A stretch of DNA of 54,070 bases from Ferruginibacter sp. (GTDB lineage Bacteria > Bacteroidota > Bacteroidia > Chitinophagales > Chitinophagaceae), in assembly GCA_044238165.1 (NCBI GenBank), contig JBIIDU010000001.1:1-54070 (forward strand), read 5' to 3'. How positions within the stretch are numbered: position 1 is the first letter of the stretch; every line of letters begins with the position of its first letter. Of this stretch, positions 20,112 to 29,451 are shown piece after piece. The notes below the pieces were generated by a model that did not search any database, was not told the origin of the DNA, and saw nothing but the letters and a program-made list of their open reading frames with translations. Made by a program: the position numbers and the translations under genes.

Positions 20112-21217
20112 AGATAATCGGTCAGTTGGTCGGAGGAAATGAACTGTGCATCGGGCCACTGAACGGATATGGCGCTTAGCAGGCGCTTCAGGTCACGGAG
20201 CCCCCGGTCGCGGTTGGCAGCAAGGATGCCGCCGACATAGTTGATGCGGTGGGTGCAAATAACGGCCGGCTTTCGGTACATGAACGCCGTACGGATCTGC
20301 ATCAGGCATAAATCTACCCAGTCGCGGCCCGGATACAGGGAAGGTTCCAGAAAGCAGTTACGAATACTGAAGCGCATGCCCGCCTTGTTGGTCTCTCCGA
20401 AATGATGGGCAATCTTCCGATACTGGTCGAATGTGCCGGTGGGACAAAGTTGACTGCGGATTCCCTGAAGCATATCAATACCCTGCGATTTCAGATGGGG
20501 TTCGATAGCAGGATCCCAGTTGTAACAAGGCGCTATGAACGTGCGGGAGCGAAAGCCGAATTGCTGTTCGAACAGTCGCAGGCCTTCCGTCAACACATTT
20601 TTCTGCTCGTCGATATCCTCAGGCGCATCCCAGTCGAATGCCTCCATGAAACTGTAGTCGGCTTTCCCTGAATAGGTGGCACCTCGGTCAAAGGCAAAAA
20701 GGGCCGATGCATCGCCTGTCTGCAGGGTTCTTAACCAACGCTTGTACTGAAGATGCTCCCGCCCGTGAAACTGGGGGCGGAACACGTGTTGCTGCATTCC
20801 CGCATTCCAAAGCTGTGGAACCAATTCGTGTCCGGCATGGCGCAAACAGGTCGCGGACGAAAGTTCATATTGATAGGCTGAAAATCCGGATTGGCGGATG
20901 GCCTCAAAATCAGGATTGGCCATGATCATATTGCCGGTGATCACGGGTGGATTGCCCCGGTTGTCGCGAAACTCCAGCAAAAGATTGAACAACCTGTCCA
21001 GGTCTTCCGCACTTTCGAGCATGTCATACTGGTAAACACTTCCGGCCATGGCGAATCCCCGCCCGACAAATGCTTCCAGTGCAGTGGCAGAGGGTGTTCG
21101 GATGGCGCCCCAGTCATCGGATTCCAGAATGACAAGACGTTCCTTCAGCCGCATGCCGCCCCGGTTGGTGCGGTGGGCCGTATAGGTGTTCTTGATTTTT
21201 TTTAGCAGATGCAGCAT
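20108..21217 (-). CDS. Polysaccharide deacetylase-like protein (paralog 1)
   Basis: 369 aa; ESDDWG, ANPDF, PQFHGREH, FIAP, THRINY. Confidence 0.62.
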   Translation of the reverse strand: MLHLLKKIKNTYTAHRTNRGGMRLKERLVILESDDWGAIRTPSATALEAFVGRGFAMAGSVYQYDMLESAEDLDRLFNLLLEFRDNRGNPPVITGNMIMANPDFEAIRQSGFSAYQYELSSATCLRHAGHELVPQLWNAGMQQHVFRPQFHGREHLQYKRWLRTLQTGDASALFAFDRGATYSGKADYSFMEAFDWDAPEDIDEQKNVLTEGLRLFEQQFGFRSRTFIAPCYNWDPAIEPHLKSQGIDMLQGIRSQLCPTGTFDQYRKIAHHFGETNKAGMRFSIRNCFLEPSLYPGRDWVDLCLMQIRTAFMYRKPAVICTHRINYVGGILAANRDRGLRDLKRLLSAISVQWPDAQFISSDQLTDYL

Positions 21218-21223
21218 GCCGGG

Positions 21224-22333
21224 TCAGGCCAGTTCGGTAAACCGCGCACAAACATTGTCGATGTTGTACTTGTTGACGTCGGGAATGATGAAGGCCGAAC
21301 GGTAATCAGCCCGTAGAAAAGCGGCAAGTTGTTGTTCATCGATCGTGCTGGTCGGAAACGACAGGATGGGCCGCCCGCTCAGGTGATAATCGATCAGCTT
21401 GCTCGGCACCTGGTGCACCGGATCATATCCGATGTTGACCAGAAAATCCATCCGGCTCATTTCGCGGATCAGCTGGAGCCGTGGAATATAGGGGCGCACT
21501 TCGAGCTTGTTGCCCAGCGCTTCCTTGAAAGGCGCCAGCAGGTCGTCGGCCTGGGTGTATGCGATAAACCGGAAATCCTCCTTCCATTCACTGAGGAATT
21601 TGAGCATCGGACCTGGATTCCGGATGTTCCGCATGAAGGTGCCGGCGAATGCGAATGTGGGAACCCGGTTGGGCACATAGGGGTCGGTGACGATATCGCC
21701 CAGGTTGAAGCCCTGGGGAATCTCCACAAACTTTTCGCTGAATTCCGGGTAAAAATTCTCTTTCATCGACAGCAGGGGGATGGCGATGTATTCGGACTTC
21801 CGGCAAAACCACTTTTCCAGATACTTGAAATAGAAAAGTTTTTTCATGCTGTCGCCGATGGCCCCCATATAAGGGTCGCCACAGTCGGCCACCCAGGTTT
21901 TGGCAATGGGATTTTTCCGGGTACGTGCCCAGGCAACGCCCCAGTGTACGGGATGGGGAACGGCTATCGAAACCATCAGGTCATAGCCGGAATCCTGGCG
22001 CAACTTTTTTCTGATCTTGAACATCAGCTCGATGTCCGGATATTCGAAAAACTGCAGCAACGCCCTGTTCAGCAGCCGCTTGAAAAGCAATACCGGACCC
22101 GAGCCCTTTTGCAGATTGATGCGCCCGAACCTTCTTTCGCCAAGGTCAACAATGCGCACACCGAATTCCTTTTCGATGGGTGCATGATGCCGTTCATCGC
22201 GGATGGTGTATAAGGTCACGTCATGCCCGCGCCTGCACAATCCTTTCACCAGCTCCGTGGTCCGGAACGAACGGGGGCTGTTTTCCGGGTAAAACGCACT
22301 GCTGACAACAACAATTTTCAGTTTTTTTTCCAT
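21224..22333 (-). CDS. Glycosyltransferase (GT4-like, GT-B)
   Basis: 369 aa; RGHDVT, WVADCGDP, FAGTF, VPSKLIDY..SGRPIL. Confidence 0.75.
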   Translation of the reverse strand: MEKKLKIVVVSSAFYPENSPRSFRTTELVKGLCRRGHDVTLYTIRDERHHAPIEKEFGVRIVDLGERRFGRINLQKGSGPVLLFKRLLNRALLQFFEYPDIELMFKIRKKLRQDSGYDLMVSIAVPHPVHWGVAWARTRKNPIAKTWVADCGDPYMGAIGDSMKKLFYFKYLEKWFCRKSEYIAIPLLSMKENFYPEFSEKFVEIPQGFNLGDIVTDPYVPNRVPTFAFAGTFMRNIRNPGPMLKFLSEWKEDFRFIAYTQADDLLAPFKEALGNKLEVRPYIPRLQLIREMSRMDFLVNIGYDPVHQVPSKLIDYHLSGRPILSFPTSTIDEQQLAAFLRADYRSAFIIPDVNKYNIDNVCARFTELA

Positions 22334-22364
22334 GTCTGATACTGGTCAACCGCAATCAGGCGGC

Positions 22365-22889
22365 CTAAATGTTTTCCCGGATGATCCGTGCCGGGTTGCC
22401 GGCAATAACCACGTTGTCGGGGAATGATTTGGTAACAACACTGCCTGCACCAATGATAACATTGTCGCCGATCTGCACACCCGGAAGAATGACTGCCTGG
22501 GTGCCGATCCAGCAATTCCTGCCAATGCGGACCGGACCGGTCGACTTATCGTGACGGTTGAGGTCCTCCTTGCTGTGGTTGGCCGAAATGATCTTGATGC
22601 CCGGAGCAAAAATCGTGTGGTCGCCGATGTACACGGTATTGATGCCCTGCACATAACAGCCGCCACAGTTGGCAAAATTTTTCGCCACATCCTTGCCCAA
22701 TACGATGGTGCGGCTCACGGTGGATGTGAAATGCACCATGAAAGGCACTTCGGCATTGATGCGCAGGATCTTTTGCATGAAGAAATTGACGAGCCGCAAT
22801 CCCAGCGGACAGGGCGAGGAGAGATACTCCAGCCAGTTGGCAGGCTCGTTCCGCTTCCAGTTTCTGAATTTGTAACGCGACAAGAACAT
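22365..22889 (-). CDS. Left-handed beta-helix O-acetyltransferase
   Basis: 174 aa; VRIGRNCWIG, VILPGVQIGDNVIIGAGSVVTKS, AGNPAR. Confidence 0.9.
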   Translation of the reverse strand: MFLSRYKFRNWKRNEPANWLEYLSSPCPLGLRLVNFFMQKILRINAEVPFMVHFTSTVSRTIVLGKDVAKNFANCGGCYVQGINTVYIGDHTIFAPGIKIISANHSKEDLNRHDKSTGPVRIGRNCWIGTQAVILPGVQIGDNVIIGAGSVVTKSFPDNVVIAGNPARIIRENI

Positions 22890-22890
22890 A

Positions 22891-23919
22891 TCAGATCGCT
22901 ATGCCGAATAGGCGGTAGATCAGTGCCTCCACCTTCACGGCTATGGGTTTATAATAACGGTATAAACGGGGAGACAGGTTGAATACCCAGCCATCGCGGG
23001 TATAAAAGCGGTTGCAACCGGCCAGAGGGCATCGGAGCATATCCATTTCCCGTAATGCTGCGAGTACCGCATCAAGATTCATCTCACCCCGGTTGCCGAG
23101 CGACGACTGGGCGGCAAGCAAAATGAATTTGGTGATGGGTTGGTTCAGGAACCGGTATTGGGCGGGCTGCAATCCCGAGTTCGTCCGAAACTGCACCAGA
23201 TCGCTCACTGCCATCAGAAAACCCCGAACCGCCTTGTCGGAAAAATACAGGTTCGAGTTAGTGGCCGAGCCCATTCTCGTAGTGCGTACATAAAAGGGCG
23301 TTGCATCGAAACCACAGCGCTCCGCCACGGCGAAGGACTTGGCCAGAAATAATCCGTCTTCCAGGTAGGGAACACCCGACGGATAGTGGATGTGGTAACG
23401 CTGCAAAAATGCTCGGTGGAACAGGATGGCTACCGAACGGTCGGGGTCGCGTACCGACTTGCCGCGGAACGCATAATAGGCTTCCGGACCTGTCCGAACC
23501 CGGGAGGCCAGCTTTCCGTAGTCGGTTTTCCAAACAGACGTTCCGTGTTCATCAAGAAACTCATAGCTGAGCTGCAGGATGTCGAGCCGCTCTGCAAAAG
23601 CACGGTCTATAAGGGATCCCAGTACCCGGGGCATGACAAAATCGTCCGGATCTATAGGCATCAGGTATTCACCGCGTGCACGGGCGATGGCATTGTTGCG
23701 CGCCCGTGAAACTCCCTGGTTCTGCTGGTCGATAAATACGATGTTGCTGTATTCCTTTTGCAGGGCGACAATGACCTCCCGGCTGTTGTCGGTCGATCCG
23801 TCATTGACAATGATGATTTCGTAATCAGCATGCGAAATGGCCTGGTCGTTGAGACTGCGCACACATTTCTCAATGTAGGCAGATACATTATATACCGGTA
23901 TGATCACACTTAAACGCAC
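22891..23919 (-). CDS. Glycosyltransferase family 2
   Basis: 342 aa; SVIIPVYN, VNDGSTD, NQGVSRARN, IDPDD, ED. Confidence 0.92.
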   Translation of the reverse strand: MRLSVIIPVYNVSAYIEKCVRSLNDQAISHADYEIIIVNDGSTDNSREVIVALQKEYSNIVFIDQQNQGVSRARNNAIARARGEYLMPIDPDDFVMPRVLGSLIDRAFAERLDILQLSYEFLDEHGTSVWKTDYGKLASRVRTGPEAYYAFRGKSVRDPDRSVAILFHRAFLQRYHIHYPSGVPYLEDGLFLAKSFAVAERCGFDATPFYVRTTRMGSATNSNLYFSDKAVRGFLMAVSDLVQFRTNSGLQPAQYRFLNQPITKFILLAAQSSLGNRGEMNLDAVLAALREMDMLRCPLAGCNRFYTRDGWVFNLSPRLYRYYKPIAVKVEALIYRLFGIAI

Positions 23920-23934
23920 GGCAAAAGTTTATTC

Positions 23935-25212
23935 TTAACTGGGTTTCAGCAGATCGTTCAGTGAAATGTTGTAGTCGGTGAAGAAGGCTGTAAAAGGATT
24001 TCCGACAAATGTGTTCACACTTAGGGAGTAAAATCCTATCCGGGAGCTCACCACAAAAAACAGGAGCACAAAGGGGAATGTACCCACCAAAATCCAGTTC
24101 ATCTTCTTTGCGGCCAGCACGTTGTTCTGCCGCAAAATCAGCAGGCAGGTCATGGCATAAAATGAGGCCACATACAGCCAGCGCTGGCCAGATGGAATAG
24201 AACTGAGGAAGTTCGAAAGCGAAAAGAAAAGCAAGGAGAAGGCGAACAGCCTATAAAGCCGGGGATCCCAGCCAATGTAGCGCCGCATGCGCAGGTACAT
24301 GAATACCATCATAATCCGCATGGTCCAGAAAAACCCAGTCAGATACAACTGCACATACCAGTTGGCTGTTTTGGCGGCCTGGTCGAGCTCACCCTTCCGG
24401 TAGGCTTCCACACGGCCCTCATCGCGGTACGATTTGGTCCTGTTCTGGAGTCGCTCGCTCGTATTTTGTTCCAGAAAGGAATTGAACCCCTGCAGGTTGA
24501 TCTGTGAAAACAATAGCGATGTCAGGTACAAAATGAAAATCAGGGGAAGCCGGCTGCGGATGAAAGGGAACAGGAGCAAGGTCAGCGTCGGAAAAATGAA
24601 AGAGAAGTGGACCAGAATGGAAAGAGCGGCTATGATAATTCCAATTGTCCTTTTGTTCAGCAGGTAGATGAAACTTCCGTATATGAAGATATGTGCGGCA
24701 GTCCAGAAACGGAATCCGTTGATGAACCACATGGGGATTATCAGGAAGAGGACTCCGAGTAGGAACTTGACCGAAGGCTTTAATTTGCCCCGTAACTGGC
24801 CAAAAACAAACCAAAGATTCCGGGAAAGAAAAAATCCGTATATCAACGCATAGATAAAGGTCAGCGTCTGCTGGCTTTTGGTGAAGCGCGACACAAAGAT
24901 GGCGATTGTCAGCCTCAGGACGTCCACATCTTCGTTTTCAGCATAGAGTTTTTTGATTTCATTGTAATCCAGTTCCAGGATATAGAGGTCTTCCACCTGC
25001 TCCCTGTATCGGTGTATGTCCGACTGGGTGTCTTTCGATTTGCTGTCCTCGGCAGCCACAGCGAACGTAGCGCCGTAGAATACCACAAAGGCCCAGAATA
25101 CATTCCTCGACCAGAGTGAACGGATATTCCGGAAACTGGCGAGGGCCGCACCGATGGGAGAGAAAAGAAAAAGCAACCAGGGGGCGTCGCCGAAACTTCC
25201 TTTTGATGCCAT
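23935..25212 (-). CDS. Putative polysaccharide polymerase (Wzy/EpsG family)
   Basis: 425 aa polytopic membrane protein (~10 TM), INGFRF and LVHFS motifs, located between GTs near wzx. Confidence 0.7.
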   Translation of the reverse strand: MASKGSFGDAPWLLFLFSPIGAALASFRNIRSLWSRNVFWAFVVFYGATFAVAAEDSKSKDTQSDIHRYREQVEDLYILELDYNEIKKLYAENEDVDVLRLTIAIFVSRFTKSQQTLTFIYALIYGFFLSRNLWFVFGQLRGKLKPSVKFLLGVLFLIIPMWFINGFRFWTAAHIFIYGSFIYLLNKRTIGIIIAALSILVHFSFIFPTLTLLLFPFIRSRLPLIFILYLTSLLFSQINLQGFNSFLEQNTSERLQNRTKSYRDEGRVEAYRKGELDQAAKTANWYVQLYLTGFFWTMRIMMVFMYLRMRRYIGWDPRLYRLFAFSLLFFSLSNFLSSIPSGQRWLYVASFYAMTCLLILRQNNVLAAKKMNWILVGTFPFVLLFFVVSSRIGFYSLSVNTFVGNPFTAFFTDYNISLNDLLKPS

Positions 25213-25237
25213 TTTTTTGTCTTGCGGATGTTGCCGC

Positions 25238-26206
25238 TCAGCGGTAGAACAAGTCGTGTTTGCCGTAAGCCAACACCTTACGTTTGAAAAATGTCACGTA
25301 GCGAAACGGGTTCATATAGTTGGTGATGCCCCGGTATAGGAACTGGTATGCGGCACCCGGCCGGTTCAAACCCAGCTGTTGGAATGCAACCGAAACACGA
25401 AACACGAAGCGCTCCCCAAGAGCTATGTCCCAGGGCAGATTCGGATAAACATATTTGTCCTTCACCACACCGCTTTTCAGATAATTGGGTTTGAAGAGGC
25501 GCTGATTCTCCATGTTGTTGATGGCCCGCTCATGCTGCCGGTAACCGACCGTGGGTTCGTGGAAGTATCGCAGGCGATGCCCCGACGAAGTGAGCTTAAG
25601 CCACATGGGATAATCTTCCATCATCGGAATGGACTCGTCGAATCCACCCACAGAAAGTACGGATTGCCGGTGCAGGAATACGGATGGAGTATAATTGATG
25701 CGGTCCGACAAAAGCAGCAATTTGTACTGGTCGGCCGCCGTGAGTTCATCGCGCATGATATTGTCGGGAAACGCGGCCGGAACGGCACGCAACAAACTGG
25801 CAGGACGAAAATCATTTTTATACAGGAGTACCTGTGAAAGCACAGCGGAAACGCCGGGATTATTACGGATATAGTTGACGTTGGCTGCAATGCAGTTGGG
25901 CAGCAAGATATCATCGCCGCCCAGCAGTTTTATCCATTCGGAGCCGGATGCACGAAAAGAACGGTTGGCATTTGCCGAAACGCCTGTATTGGACGGTACG
26001 GTAATGACAAATGCACGGATAAAACGGTCCTGATGTTGTTCCATCCACTCCCGGCAAACCGCAACAGTATTGTCGGCAGAGCAGTCATCGGAAACAATGA
26101 GCTCAATATGCGGATAGGTTTGCGCCGCAATACTGTCGAGGGTTTCAACAATAAACTCGGCCGAATTGTAGGTGGCCACCGCCACCGTCACCGTTTCCTG
26201 AACCAA
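25238..26206 (-). CDS. Glycosyltransferase family 2
   Basis: 322 aa; VATYN, SDDCSAD, NTGVSANAN, GDD, GGFDE..EDYPMW. Confidence 0.9.
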   Translation of the reverse strand: MVQETVTVAVATYNSAEFIVETLDSIAAQTYPHIELIVSDDCSADNTVAVCREWMEQHQDRFIRAFVITVPSNTGVSANANRSFRASGSEWIKLLGGDDILLPNCIAANVNYIRNNPGVSAVLSQVLLYKNDFRPASLLRAVPAAFPDNIMRDELTAADQYKLLLLSDRINYTPSVFLHRQSVLSVGGFDESIPMMEDYPMWLKLTSSGHRLRYFHEPTVGYRQHERAINNMENQRLFKPNYLKSGVVKDKYVYPNLPWDIALGERFVFRVSVAFQQLGLNRPGAAYQFLYRGITNYMNPFRYVTFFKRKVLAYGKHDLFYR

Positions 26207-27690
26207 GGCAGGTTGATTTTGAATTTTTGCGCCACCAGGTCGGCGATATGGATACGCGTATTCAGTCCCTTGAGCGAATAGGCCGCGGCAACCAACATGA
26301 CGGCGAGAACCAGTGCGTATCGTATGGGGCCCTGCAACCGGTACATGACCAGAAAACTGACGAACGCCAGTGCAGTCAGGATGCAGAAGAGCCTGATCAA
26401 TTCACCCGAAAAGGCGAAGCGGTATTTGAAGCGGATGATCAGGTAGGTCTGCAAAAGGCCAAGGGCGTAACTGAAAATGAAAGAAAAACCGAGCCCTGTC
26501 AATCCATAGTAGTAATAAAAAACCATGTTCAGCAACAGCACGTAGATGCTGGCAGCGAGTTCGCTGATAAAAAACAGCCGGGCATCGCCACGGGCCAGAA
26601 TCAGAAAACCCATGGCCCAGGTGACCGCCTTGAAGAATATGCCCAGCGCGAACAGGCGCATCATGGTAAGCATGGCCAGGAATTTCCCGGTGTACATGAC
26701 CAGAACAATCGGCTTTATGAAAATGATGAACAGGATGAGCAGCGGTGCCATGATCAGTACAGCCAGTTCAGCCTGTTGGTTGATGAGCAATGCCGATTTG
26801 CCGTTGTCGGTCGCAACGGTCGAAAGGCGGGGAAAGTAATCGGTGGCCATGGCCCCGAAGATCATGGTCACATACGTGTTGATGATCGAGAAGCCGGAGT
26901 TGTAAAATCCCACTTGTTCCACCCCACCTGTCCTGCCAATGAAGATACTCAGCAGGTAAGCAGTTGCCAGGCCCAGCAATCCGCTCAGGCTGATGGTGAA
27001 TCCCATCCTGAGCATTCCCATACCTTCCTCACGAAGAAGTGCGGAAGTAATCCGAACCGGCTCTATCGGAATTTTCGCTGATAGAAACCAGGCAATGGCC
27101 ATGGAAGCGACAGAACTGATGACCAGGGTGGGTACAACGCCATCAATGCCCATATAATAGTAAACTGGTACCGAAACAAGCAGTCCGGCCGAAGATCCCA
27201 GCAAATTGGCCATGGCCAGTTTTCGCAACTGGCGCATACCCTGCAATAACACAAGGCGGCCCGCAGCCAGCTGGCTGAAAAGGAGTGTGATGGAAATCCA
27301 ACGGAAGGCGCCTGTGAAATCGCTGTTGCCAAATGTGGTCCTGCTCAGCAGCGGAGCCAAAAAAAAGGTAAGCACCGACCCCAGCAAACCGGTAAACCAA
27401 ACCAGCCGGCGCAGCACCCCCACCACTTCTGAAACACGTTTGGAATCGCCACCGGCATGCGCTGCCGCAACATGGCGGACGGCGCTGGTATTAAGGCCGA
27501 AATTGGTTCCTGCCGTAATGAGGTTGGTGGTTGAAAGCAGCAATCCGGCGATTCCCATTCCGGCCGGACCAATCAGAACGGCAATGAGTTTGGTGCGCAC
27601 CATCGTTATCAGGATGTTGAACACCTGGACCCCCCCGAAGAGGGAGGTTGTTTTCATGATCTGGCGGTATGAAGAACGCTGTTCCGTCAA
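26188..27690 (-). CDS. wzx: O-unit flippase (Wzx/MOP superfamily)
   Basis: 500 aa, ~12-14 TM; KLIAVLIGPAGMG, VGFY, DYFPRLS. Confidence 0.88.
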   Translation of the reverse strand: MTEQRSSYRQIMKTTSLFGGVQVFNILITMVRTKLIAVLIGPAGMGIAGLLLSTTNLITAGTNFGLNTSAVRHVAAAHAGGDSKRVSEVVGVLRRLVWFTGLLGSVLTFFLAPLLSRTTFGNSDFTGAFRWISITLLFSQLAAGRLVLLQGMRQLRKLAMANLLGSSAGLLVSVPVYYYMGIDGVVPTLVISSVASMAIAWFLSAKIPIEPVRITSALLREEGMGMLRMGFTISLSGLLGLATAYLLSIFIGRTGGVEQVGFYNSGFSIINTYVTMIFGAMATDYFPRLSTVATDNGKSALLINQQAELAVLIMAPLLILFIIFIKPIVLVMYTGKFLAMLTMMRLFALGIFFKAVTWAMGFLILARGDARLFFISELAASIYVLLLNMVFYYYYGLTGLGFSFIFSYALGLLQTYLIIRFKYRFAFSGELIRLFCILTALAFVSFLVMYRLQGPIRYALVLAVMLVAAAYSLKGLNTRIHIADLVAQKFKINLPWFRKR

Positions 27691-27766
27691 TTGTTGTGCA
27701 GCGAAGCGGACAGGCTTGTCCGATAAGTTTCGTGGTTATGTAAAGCGAAAAGGGAACCGGACAGCA

Positions 27767-28501
27767 TCAGTTTTTTTGGGCCACTACATAGATTTCGGCG
27801 CCCATTTCGGGAAAGTGCCTGACCATCTTATCAAGCCCGCCCTGTATCTTATCGGTGAGAAACCCCTGGTCGATCAGCTGTTGCATCTGTTCATGGGTGA
27901 AGGGCTTCAAAAAATAGGTGCCGCTTTCCAACACCTTGAATCCGGCCGTTTCGAACAGTTCAATGAAACCGTTGCGGTCATAAACCCTTCTGCGCTGGAA
28001 CATCCTGTCAAGCGCCGAAGGCTCGACCGCATTTGCAATCAATCCCGACTCAACAGCCAGTTGCCGGTGAAACGATCGGGAATTCGGCACCAGCGAATAA
28101 ACCCGGGTATCTTTTCCGGAAATGCTTAATACGGTCTTAAGCACTTCTTCGGGATTGTCTATCTCGTGCAGGAAACCGCCGATGATGATCATGTCAAAGT
28201 CCTCATCACCCAGTTCCTGTGCAATCTTCTCAAAATACCCGTTATGGATTTCAATCCGGCTATCGTGTGCGCACAACCGTTGGATATCGTGGAAAAAGGC
28301 AGCCCCGGGCTCCACAATCACCATCCGTTCGAAATCAGGATAGTCGGAACATACCGGCCATGCACCCGGACCGATTTCCAGTATCTTCCTGCTTCGGCTT
28401 GCCCGCAATATCTTCAGGAGGGCATTATTCCTGAATCTGCGCAAGGTATCTTCAAAGGGAAGACCGGCGTAATTGGTTTCATAATCGGCGGTGCCTTTCA
28501 T
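27767..28501 (-). CDS. Class I SAM-dependent methyltransferase
   Basis: ILEIGPG motif I, FLHEIDNP, VPNSRS; start at 28501 gives an ATGA overlap. Confidence 0.82.
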   Translation of the reverse strand: MKGTADYETNYAGLPFEDTLRRFRNNALLKILRASRSRKILEIGPGAWPVCSDYPDFERMVIVEPGAAFFHDIQRLCAHDSRIEIHNGYFEKIAQELGDEDFDMIIIGGFLHEIDNPEEVLKTVLSISGKDTRVYSLVPNSRSFHRQLAVESGLIANAVEPSALDRMFQRRRVYDRNGFIELFETAGFKVLESGTYFLKPFTHEQMQQLIDQGFLTDKIQGGLDKMVRHFPEMGAEIYVVAQKN

Positions 28502-29427
28502 AGTGCTTGACGTTCTTGCTGGCAAAACGCATGGATGACCGCTACAAAATAATCCAGGTCATCGGTGCTGAGCAGATGATGGCAAGGGATGAAAAATGCC
28601 TCTTCGCCGTAAAACACGCTGCAATGGATTCCATGTTTCCAGAGAAACTCTTTCATTGCAGGCAGGTCAAGGCCCGTGCCCGATGTGTTGAAGAGGTAAA
28701 CGCTCGGCACTACACCCCGATTCAGCGGAAATCGGGGATGGAGGCCGAATGCCGACAACTTGTTACTGAGGTATTCATAATTACGAAGCCTGCCTTCCAC
28801 AATGGCATCGGAAAATCCGATATGATAGGACATCACGTCCCGTATGTGATGCAACAGTCCGGGTGCTGCAACCTCTTCGGAGGGAAGGATGCCCGGCCGG
28901 TTGGCCACCAGCAATCCGCCGACCTGTATCGGAAAAAACTTGGGGAAGCTGTAACAGACAAAGTCACCGGTTTCTCCCATTCCCGTATCACCGGAATCGG
29001 TAAAAAAAGTGGTGCAGCAATCCTCGATGATGGGCAAACCGGTCGCTTTCAAGGCTGCCATATCTTCATAAGGATAGCCGAATTCATGATTCACAAACAG
29101 CAGGCGTGTAGTCTTCTCCATTTTCCTCGACCACTTGCAGTAGCGGGAGATTGTTGAAGTGACACAACCGCTGATGTAGGTATTTCCGCTGGTTGTAAGT
29201 ATGGTGACCGTATCATCGGGCATAAGCCGATAATGAGACAACGCCGCATACATGGCGGCACGGCCGTTGGTGGTGATCCTGAAAGTTCGTCCCGCGAAAC
29301 GCTTGTGCAAATATGTATCCAGGGCATCGCTGGCGGGCAACCGGTGATTGATGGCCACATGCGAAGTGGTGAACGGGCCAATCCGGAAAGTGGGCAGGCT
29401 GTATGGATCGGGGTTCAGGATAAACAT
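28498..29427 (-). CDS. Short DegT/DnrJ-like PLP-dependent enzyme
   Basis: 309 aa; NGRAAM, HEFGYP, IIEDCC, SFPKFFP..GG (Schiff-base Lys), FIPCH. Confidence 0.7.
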   Translation of the reverse strand: MFILNPDPYSLPTFRIGPFTTSHVAINHRLPASDALDTYLHKRFAGRTFRITTNGRAAMYAALSHYRLMPDDTVTILTTSGNTYISGCVTSTISRYCKWSRKMEKTTRLLFVNHEFGYPYEDMAALKATGLPIIEDCCTTFFTDSGDTGMGETGDFVCYSFPKFFPIQVGGLLVANRPGILPSEEVAAPGLLHHIRDVMSYHIGFSDAIVEGRLRNYEYLSNKLSAFGLHPRFPLNRGVVPSVYLFNTSGTGLDLPAMKEFLWKHGIHCSVFYGEEAFFIPCHHLLSTDDLDYFVAVIHAFCQQERQAL

Positions 29428-29451
29428 AAGGGACTTAGGCAGCCTGGCGAA

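Noticed and set aside
3635-27366. Several A8/T8 homopolymers in EPS genes as phase-variation tracts
   Set aside because: Short, all in intact frames, and expected from Phe/Lys codons
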